Made by a program: the position numbers and the translations under genes. 45,202 nt of DNA from an uncultured Akkermansia sp. (lineage in GTDB: Bacteria > Verrucomicrobiota > Verrucomicrobiia > Verrucomicrobiales > Akkermansiaceae), in NCBI GenBank assembly GCA_964611765.1, contig CAZTAX010000002.1, forward strand, positions 2,472-47,673, written 5' to 3'. Below are positions 38,540 to 45,202 of this stretch, in pieces. Within the stretch, counting starts at the first letter, position 1. Each line of letters starts with the position of its first letter. The notes beneath the pieces were generated by a model. That model did not search any database and had not been told where the DNA came from. It was given only the letters and a program-made list of their open reading frames with translations.

Positions 38540-40726
38540 TCAGAACTCGAAGCCCATCTGCTCGTGGATGGAATCATCGAGCCCCTGTTGCTCATCAGTG
38601 GGGAGAGCCGGTGCCGCATCCGGTACAGGGGCAGGGGGCTGCGCTGCTGCAACGGGTGCTTCGGTGCTGCCATCGAGCAGGGCGCTGAGGGTGCCCACCG
38701 GGGTGGCGGGTGCCTCCGGTGCGGGGGATTCGGCTCCTTCCTCGGCGGCGGCGCTGGGCATGATGCGGGAGATGCGCTCCACCTGGTTCTTGGTCACGAT
38801 GTTGCCGAGCACGCTGCGGCCTTTCACACGCAGTTTGCCGAAGTCGAAGGGAATCGGGCGTCGCAGGCGGCGCAGCTGGTTCTTCAGGTACACATTCACC
38901 TGCATGGCGCTGCTTTCCTCCTCGGTCTTATGCACGGTGAAGAAGAACACGCGGCTGCCTTTGGTGCCCTGGGTGAGCTGGTATTCCTTGTCGCGGGTGA
39001 AACCGCCCAGCTTGAAGCGCTTGGCGTAGGTGATGCCTTCCTTGCCATCCCGGTAAATCATGTTGAATACCCAGTCGTCCGTGGGGCGCAGCACGCTGAT
39101 GTGCAGCAGCTTTTTGCCCACGTAGAACTTCTCCTGCACGCGGCGCACGGAGAGCACCCCCTGGTTGTCGATGATGAGGATATCGCTCATGGTGGAGCAC
39201 TTGTCCACGGCTTCTCCGCCTTTCTTGATGCCGTAGCCCGCAAAGCCTTCTTCATCGATGTAGAGCGTCTCGTTCTCCACTGCTGCCACGGCGCGGGTAA
39301 CGGTGTCGAAGGTGGTGAGCTCGGTGCGGCGCGGCCAGTTGGCTCCGTATTTCTTCTGGAGTTTCTCGAACCAGCGGATGGTGTATCTGGTGAGCTGGGC
39401 CAGGTTCTTGCGGCACTGCTCGATTTCGCCCTCCAGCCCGCAGATGTGTTCCTCCGCTTCGTGGATTTCGTACTTGGCAATCTTCTTGATGCGGATTTCG
39501 GTGAGGCGGATGACGTCCTCCCGCGTGACGGGGCGGATGAAATCTTTGACAAAGGGTTGCAGGCGCTCCTCAATCTCGGTGAGGGACTGCTCCCAGCTTT
39601 CACTTTCCTCCAGCACTTTGTAGATGCGGTTCTCGATGAAGATTTTTTCCAGACTGGCCTGCATCCAGCTTTCCTGCAGCTCGGCCAGCTGCACCTCCAG
39701 CTCGCGGCGCAGGGTGTCCTTCGTGTTATCGACGTTGATTTTGAGAATCTCGCTCACGCCCATGAACACGGGCTTCTTGTCCACGATGACCACGGCTTTC
39801 GGAGAGATGCTCACCTGGCATTCCGTGAAGGCATAGAGGGCGTTGCAGGTCTTTTCCACATCCTGCCCGGCTTGGAGGTGCACCAGAATATCCGCCGTGG
39901 CGGCGGTGTTGTCCTCAATCTTAGCCACCTTCAGCTTGCCTTTCTCCATGGCATTCTCGATGCTCTGGATGACGGATTCGGTGGTGGTGCCGTAGGGAAT
40001 TTCGGTGATGCGGATGAGCTTTTTGGTGCTGGTGTCCAGTTTGGCGCGGCAGCGCAGTCGGCTGTTGCCGGTGCCGTCGTTGTAGCCGCTCACATCCAGC
40101 CGGCCGCCGGTGGCGAAGTCCGGGTAGAGCTCGAACTCCTCGCCGCGCAGGTAGTGGATGGCGGCTTCAATGAGTTCGTTGAAATTGTGCGGCAGAATGA
40201 GGCAGTTCATGCCCACGGCAATGCCCAGCGCACCCTGTGCCAGCAGCAGCGGGAACTTCACCGGCAGGGCCACGGGTTCCTTGTTGCGGCCGTCGTAACT
40301 GAGCTTCCATTCCGTTACCTTCGGGCTGTAGACCACCTCCTTCGCAAACTGGGAGAGACGGGCTTCGATGTATCGCGGGGCGGCGGCGGCATCGCCGGTG
40401 AGGATGTTGCCCCAGTTGCCCTGCGGGTCGATGAGCAGCCCTTTCTGCCCCAGGGTGACCAGCGCACTGCCGATGGAGGCATCGCCATGCGGGTGGTATT
40501 TCATTGTATCACCCACGATATTGGCCACTTTGTTGTAGCGGCCGTCGTCCATGCGCTCCATGGAGTGCAGAATGCGGCGCTGCACGGGTTTCAGACCGTC
40601 AATGATATGCGGAACGGCGCGTTCCAGAATCACATACGACGCGTATTCCAGATAGTAATCGCCGAACATTTTCTGAATAAGGCTCGGGTTTTCCTGCAGG
40701 TATACGGGTGTGATGTCTTTGCTCAT
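38540..40726 (-). CDS. parC: DNA topoisomerase IV subunit A
   Basis: DGLKPVQRR, YHPHGD, catalytic AAPRYIEARL, short C-terminal domain. Confidence 0.88.
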   Translation of the reverse strand: MSKDITPVYLQENPSLIQKMFGDYYLEYASYVILERAVPHIIDGLKPVQRRILHSMERMDDGRYNKVANIVGDTMKYHPHGDASIGSALVTLGQKGLLIDPQGNWGNILTGDAAAAPRYIEARLSQFAKEVVYSPKVTEWKLSYDGRNKEPVALPVKFPLLLAQGALGIAVGMNCLILPHNFNELIEAAIHYLRGEEFELYPDFATGGRLDVSGYNDGTGNSRLRCRAKLDTSTKKLIRITEIPYGTTTESVIQSIENAMEKGKLKVAKIEDNTAATADILVHLQAGQDVEKTCNALYAFTECQVSISPKAVVIVDKKPVFMGVSEILKINVDNTKDTLRRELEVQLAELQESWMQASLEKIFIENRIYKVLEESESWEQSLTEIEERLQPFVKDFIRPVTREDVIRLTEIRIKKIAKYEIHEAEEHICGLEGEIEQCRKNLAQLTRYTIRWFEKLQKKYGANWPRRTELTTFDTVTRAVAAVENETLYIDEEGFAGYGIKKGGEAVDKCSTMSDILIIDNQGVLSVRRVQEKFYVGKKLLHISVLRPTDDWVFNMIYRDGKEGITYAKRFKLGGFTRDKEYQLTQGTKGSRVFFFTVHKTEEESSAMQVNVYLKNQLRRLRRPIPFDFGKLRVKGRSVLGNIVTKNQVERISRIMPSAAAEEGAESPAPEAPATPVGTLSALLDGSTEAPVAAAQPPAPVPDAAPALPTDEQQGLDDSIHEQMGFEF

Positions 40727-40830
40727 GGATTGCGGGGATTCTATCATACTGTGGGTGTCATTTCAAGCAAGAAGCGCGTGAATGTCATTGACAAAGCGCC
40801 TTTCAGACGTTAGAGTAGAGAGGCTTTCGT

Positions 40831-41460
40831 ATGAAGAAACTCTTTTTCACCCTGATTCTGCTCATGCTGGTGGCGGCAGCTGCGGCCGTGTATTGGTATG
40901 CTCCGGCACGTGAGGTGTCCATGGGACTGTATGAAAAATGCGTAGCTCTGAGCCAGCCGTCTGCAGGGCCTGAAGCTCCCGCTGCGGTTCAGCCACCCCC
41001 GGCCACAGAACCGGAACCTGCACCCGCTCCCGCACCTGTGCCTGCTGAGGCAGAGCCGGAAGCAACACCGGAACCGGTTTCCGAGCCGGAGCCTGCCCCC
41101 GAGCCTGAGCCGGAGTCTGCCCCCGAGCCTGAGCCGGAGCCTGCCCCCGAGCCTGAGCCGGAGCCTGCCCCTCTACCTGCCATGAATGCCGAAGCTGAGG
41201 CTCTTCTGCCAAAGGCGGAGGCTGGTGATGCAGTGGCGCAGTTCAATCTGGCCCGCCAGTATGTGCTGGGTGAGGGCATGGCCGTGAATCGCGCGGAATT
41301 CCTCCGCTGGTGCCGCACTGCGGCCGATCAGGGGCTGCCGGAAGCTCAGTATACCCTGGGCATGTGCTACCGTCAGGGACTGGGCGTGGAGCAGAACGAA
41401 GAAGAGGCTGCCCGCCTGCTGAAGCTTGCGGCGGAGACCGGCTATACACCGTCAAACTGA
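40831..41460 (+). CDS. Membrane-anchored Sel1-repeat protein with Pro/Glu linker
   Basis: N-terminal hydrophobic segment, (EP)n stalk, two Sel1 repeats; TTGACA-17-TAGAGT promoter at 40788-40816. Confidence 0.85.
   Translation: MKKLFFTLILLMLVAAAAAVYWYAPAREVSMGLYEKCVALSQPSAGPEAPAAVQPPPATEPEPAPAPAPVPAEAEPEATPEPVSEPEPAPEPEPESAPEPEPEPAPEPEPEPAPLPAMNAEAEALLPKAEAGDAVAQFNLARQYVLGEGMAVNRAEFLRWCRTAADQGLPEAQYTLGMCYRQGLGVEQNEEEAARLLKLAAETGYTPSN
41089..41172 (+). repeat. 24-bp coding tandem repeat (about 3.5 copies)
   Basis: GAGCCTGCCCCCGAGCCTGAGCCG unit, near-perfect, encodes EPAPEPEP. Confidence 0.9.
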
Positions 41461-41487
41461 TTTTCAACACCTTTCATTCATTTATTT

Positions 41488-43659
41488 ATGGCAAATCTTA
41501 TTGTACACGGAAAAGAGAATGTCGTATCTCCTGCATTCTACATGCCGAACCGCATGACGGCGGAGTCGGTCAAGGCCTTGCACAAATTGCTGCAAGGCAA
41601 GGTGTGCTATCTGGTAGACCCCACATTTCTGCTGTCGGATGAGGTCATGAGCAGCCTCAGGACGCTTGATGCAGAGATCGAGTACTTCGACTTCCGCCAC
41701 ACGACTTCCCTTTCTGTGCGCGAGCAGATTCGTGCCCGCATGGCCGAGGGCATGAGCGTGGTGTTCATGCCGGGGCAGGTAGCCAAGTGGCGTGGCACGT
41801 ACAGCGATGTGCCCTCTCCCTTCCTGCGCCACGTGGGCAGCCTGCACATTTCCCCCGTGCCTTTGTTCCTGGGCCACTACGGCAATACGGTGCAGACTCT
41901 CTACCGCGATTGCGAGGATGTTGACACGCATGAGGAGTTCTGCATCCTGCCGAAGCTGGCAGCCGGCCCGCAGACCGGTGAACGCCTGATGGCCGCCTGG
42001 CTGGAGAAGAGTGCCGAGCTCTTTGCTGCTCAGCCGCTGCTTTCCACTTCTGTCACCACCAACCTGGTGCATGCCCTCAAGCAATTCCCTAAGACGGAGA
42101 TTGTGGACGGCATGACGCACGCCGCCCTGCCGCATTTCAAGGCACTGGGTGTGAGCATGGCGGTGGCGAAGATGCTTAGCAAGCGCGATGATAAGCGCAT
42201 CGGTGTGATTCTGCCGCCCGGTGCCGGTGGCGTCATTGCCACGCTGAGCTGCATGCTGGCCGGGGTGACGCCTGTGATGATTAACTATGCCTCATCTGCT
42301 GCTGCGTTTGAGAGCACGGTGCGTCAGGCCGGATTGAAGACCTTTATCACCGCCCGCAAGTTCATGCAGAAGCTGCCGCAGTTCCCCTGGCCGCCGGAGG
42401 AGCAGCTGATTCTGGTGGAGGACCTGCTGACAAAGACGCCCAAGTCCACCCTCATAGCCAACGTGTTGAAGGCCAAGATGCTCCCGGCATCCCTCATCTG
42501 CAAGATGTACGATACCGATTCCCGCAAGGATGGGGATGAAGCGGTGATTCTCTTCACTTCCGGCTCCAGCGGCGAGCCCAAGGGGGTGGTGCTCACCCAC
42601 CGCATGCTCATGGCCAATGTGTGCCAGTGCGCCTGCCGCCTGGATATGACCGATTGCCGTTTCCTGGCCAGTCTGCCCATCTTCCACAGTTTCGGCATGA
42701 CGGTGAACATGATGCTCTCCATGATGACCGGTTGCATGGTCTGCTCCTATCCGAACCCGACCGATGCCCGCACGCTCAACGAGCTTATCAAGCGTTACCG
42801 GCTTACCCTTGTGTGTGCCACGCCCACCTTCTCCCGCGCCATGCTGCGCCGGGCCGATGCTGATACCTTCAAGAGTGTGCGCTACTTTGTGATGGGTGCT
42901 GAGAAGTTGCAGGCAGATCTGGAGAAGGAGTTCATCGAGAAGTGCGGCGTGTACCCCATGGAGGGCTACGGCCTCACGGAAACCGCCCCGGTTATCGGCG
43001 CCAACATGCCTGAGCCGGAGCGCGTGAAGGGCTCCAAGTTCTTTGTGCCCGGCACGGTGCGTCCCAGCGTGGGGGCCATGCTGCCCGGCATTGCCATCCG
43101 CATCACCGATGTGGACGACGATACCAGGGAACTCCCGCTTACCGAGCGCGGCATGATCTGGTTCAAGGGTGCCAACGTGTTCAACGGTTATATCGGTCGC
43201 CCCGAGCTGAACAAGGAAATCTTCCGCGACGGCTGGTTCAAGACCGGCGATATCGGCCAGATGGATCTCAACGGCTTCCTGACCCTCGGTGGCCGCCTTT
43301 CCCGCTTTTCCAAGATTGGTGGTGAAATGGTGCCGCACGAAGGAGTGGAACTTGCCCTCTCCGATGGCTTTGGCTTGAATGCCGAGGATGGCGTGCAGAT
43401 TGCCATTGCCGGTGTGAGCGACTCGCAGAAAGGCGAGGCCCTGGTGCTGCTCTCCGCCATGCCGCAACACCAGAAGAGCTCTCAGGCCAATGAAATCCTC
43501 CAGGACATCCGCACCATGCTGGCGGACAAGGGCATGCCCACCCTCTGGGCTCCCAAGTACCTGGTGCCGGTGGAAGCCATCCCCGTGCTGCCCACCGGCA
43601 AGCTCGACCTCCGAGCCTGCAAGCTCCTGGCAGATGAAGCCCTGGGTATGCAGGGCTGA
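41488..43659 (+). CDS. Aas-like acyl-ACP synthetase (AMP-binding) with degenerate N-terminal acyltransferase-like domain
   Basis: FTSGSSGEPKGV, EGYGLTE, WFKTGD, GRLSRFSKIGGEMV, LPTGKLD. Confidence 0.85.
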   Translation: MANLIVHGKENVVSPAFYMPNRMTAESVKALHKLLQGKVCYLVDPTFLLSDEVMSSLRTLDAEIEYFDFRHTTSLSVREQIRARMAEGMSVVFMPGQVAKWRGTYSDVPSPFLRHVGSLHISPVPLFLGHYGNTVQTLYRDCEDVDTHEEFCILPKLAAGPQTGERLMAAWLEKSAELFAAQPLLSTSVTTNLVHALKQFPKTEIVDGMTHAALPHFKALGVSMAVAKMLSKRDDKRIGVILPPGAGGVIATLSCMLAGVTPVMINYASSAAAFESTVRQAGLKTFITARKFMQKLPQFPWPPEEQLILVEDLLTKTPKSTLIANVLKAKMLPASLICKMYDTDSRKDGDEAVILFTSGSSGEPKGVVLTHRMLMANVCQCACRLDMTDCRFLASLPIFHSFGMTVNMMLSMMTGCMVCSYPNPTDARTLNELIKRYRLTLVCATPTFSRAMLRRADADTFKSVRYFVMGAEKLQADLEKEFIEKCGVYPMEGYGLTETAPVIGANMPEPERVKGSKFFVPGTVRPSVGAMLPGIAIRITDVDDDTRELPLTERGMIWFKGANVFNGYIGRPELNKEIFRDGWFKTGDIGQMDLNGFLTLGGRLSRFSKIGGEMVPHEGVELALSDGFGLNAEDGVQIAIAGVSDSQKGEALVLLSAMPQHQKSSQANEILQDIRTMLADKGMPTLWAPKYLVPVEAIPVLPTGKLDLRACKLLADEALGMQG

Positions 43660-43773
43660 CGTCCGAGCGCAGCGAGGATATCGTCTGCCGCAGACAGATA
43701 TCGTCCATGCGCAGCATGGACGATATTCAGGCCTGGTGGCCTGAACGAGATCCGCGCTTTGCGCGGACGTCAG
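43656..43773. repeat. 118-bp multi-hairpin element with 10-bp terminal inverted repeats
   Basis: CTGACGTCCG...CGGACGTCAG ends, with four internal stem-loops. Confidence 0.75.
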
Positions 43774-44858
43774 ATTAAACCCACAGCAATTTCATCGGCC
43801 ACGAGGTGGCCGGAGCGGGTGAGGAGGAGACGGCCAGCGGGTGTGAGGGTGGCGAGACCTTCGTTCCGGAGCATGGTGATGAAGGAGTCATCCTGTGGGC
43901 GGAGCATGGCGGGGGGCAGGCCTTCATCGGTGCGGAGCAGGAGGCCCAGCAGTTCGGTGCGGCGGGTGGCGGGGTCGAGTTTTTCTGCGGTGCCGGGGGG
44001 CAGGGTGCCGGATTGCAGGGCGGCGGTGTAGGCGGCGGTGTCGCCGGCGTTGCAGTAGCGCACACCGTTCATGGTGCCGACGGCGCCGGGACCGAGGCCG
44101 CAGTAGTCCTCGCCATGCCAGTAGGCGAGGTTGTGCTGCGATTCGCAGTCGGGACGGGCGTAGTTGGAGATTTCGTAGTGCCGGTAGCCGGCGGCGGTGA
44201 GTAGCTCATCTGCCAGGGTGAACATGGCTACATCCGTCTCTTCATCGCCGGCGGTGGCGCCGTAGTGGCGGAAGAAGTCGGTGTCTTCCTCGTAGGAGAG
44301 GTTGTAGGTGGAGATGTGGTCAGGCTGCAGGGCGAGGGCGCTTTGCAGGATGTGCTCCCACTGCTGCACACTCTGCCCCGGCAGGGAGAACATGAGGTCG
44401 ATATTCACCTGCGGAATACCGGCCACGCGCAGCAGGTGGATGCTTTCGGCCACGTCCTCCGGGCTGTGTTCGCGCCCCAGGAGCCTGAGCAGCCCGGCAT
44501 CGAAGCTCTGCACGCCCAGGGAGACGCGGTTGATGCCCAGCTGCCGCCAGTGCTGCACCTTGGCGGCGGTGAAGGTGGCAGGGTTGCTCTCGAAGCTCCA
44601 TTCCTGCACCTGGCTGAGGTCGAGCCAGCTGCGCAGACCGCTCACCAGCAGCTCCAGATGGGTGGGGGAGAGCATGCTGGGGGTGCCGCCGCCGAAGTAG
44701 ATGGTGCGCGGCGCGGTTCCCTGCGGCAGCCGCAGCCGCGCCTCCGCCCCCACGGCCTGAGCATAGCCACGGATGTCGCTGCGCCCCGGGGTGTGCTTGA
44801 AGAAGGCGCAGTACGGGCAGATGCGGTGGCAGAAGGGGACGTGGATGTAGAGGTGCAT
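43770..44858 (-). CDS. hemW: Radical SAM heme chaperone HemW (HemN-like)
   Basis: LYIHVPFCHRICPYCAF, YFGGGTPS, RVSLGVQSF, YEISNYA, HNLAYW. Confidence 0.88.
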   Translation of the reverse strand: MHLYIHVPFCHRICPYCAFFKHTPGRSDIRGYAQAVGAEARLRLPQGTAPRTIYFGGGTPSMLSPTHLELLVSGLRSWLDLSQVQEWSFESNPATFTAAKVQHWRQLGINRVSLGVQSFDAGLLRLLGREHSPEDVAESIHLLRVAGIPQVNIDLMFSLPGQSVQQWEHILQSALALQPDHISTYNLSYEEDTDFFRHYGATAGDEETDVAMFTLADELLTAAGYRHYEISNYARPDCESQHNLAYWHGEDYCGLGPGAVGTMNGVRYCNAGDTAAYTAALQSGTLPPGTAEKLDPATRRTELLGLLLRTDEGLPPAMLRPQDDSFITMLRNEGLATLTPAGRLLLTRSGHLVADEIAVGLI

Positions 44859-44876
44859 GCGGCTTTGTTAAAAACG

Positions 44877-44902
44877 GAGGGCCGGGAAGATACCCGGCCC
44901 TC
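44877..44902 (-). terminator. Intrinsic terminator after nagB
   Basis: GAGGGCCGGG/CCCGGCCCTC stem followed by CGTTTTT on the minus strand. Confidence 0.65.
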
Positions 44903-44930
44903 GCGCAAATATGTGCTTGAGCTACTTGCT

Positions 44931-45202
44931 TTACAGCTCGGCAGCGGCCGGGGTGTCAAGGAAGTACTTGGCATCGGCATGGTTCTGCAGGTAGGAGGCA
45001 GCCACGTCGATGGTCACGGGGCCGTTGATGGCCTTGTTCACGATGGAAGCCTTCTTCTCGCCCCAGGCCATGAGACGCACCTTCTTGGCGCCCATGATGG
45101 TGGCCACACCCATGGTGATGGCGGTGCTGGGCACGTTGTCGAAGCCACCGAAAGCGGGGGCGGCGTCGGTCTTGGTCAGGTCGTCCAGGTGCACCGGGCG
45201 GG
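44931..45202 (-). CDS. nagB: Glucosamine-6-phosphate deaminase (3' part; gene enters from right edge)
   Basis: VPSTAITMGVATIM, LMAWGEKKA, GPVT, ASYLQNH. Confidence 0.88.
   Translation of the reverse strand, partial: RPVHLDDLTKTDAAPAFGGFDNVPSTAITMGVATIMGAKKVRLMAWGEKKASIVNKAINGPVTIDVAASYLQNHADAKYFLDTPAAAEL

Noticed and set aside
43656..43773. tRNA gene
   Set aside because: Multi-stem, but lacks T-loop and D-loop consensus and tRNA arm lengths.

Overview
GC-rich bacterial chromosomal window of mostly housekeeping genes. The gene set and protein style (sialate O-acetylesterase, nagB, ROK, pilT pair, archaeal/eukaryote-type ProRS, GlnRS, Bacteroidetes/Chlamydia-type topoisomerase IV, stand-alone 89-aa rpsN) suggest a host-associated Verrucomicrobiota, probably Akkermansia-like (inference). 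About 40 CDS were called. I saw no rRNA, tRNA, CRISPR array, transposase or integrase, and no clear-cut new multi-gene system. The most notable signals are: (1) a pervasive leaderless promoter architecture, with a -10 hexamer 6-8 nt before the ATG in at least 11 genes; (2) a PilT-family ATPase with a fully duplicated N-terminal domain beside a normal PilT; (3) three accessory surface genes broken by minimal lesions (an AT-rich fucosyltransferase-like gene with two homopolymer +1 frameshifts, a Sel1 gene with TGA at a conserved Gly, a PA14-like gene with an in-frame TAG) while all core genes are intact; (4) a 118-bp multi-hairpin element whose terminal inverted repeats contain the stop codons of two convergent genes; (5) tandem chagasin-like protease inhibitors, a TMEM43-like protein, and several catalytically or metal-site-degenerate variants (HU, Aas, ROK, ParC QRDR).
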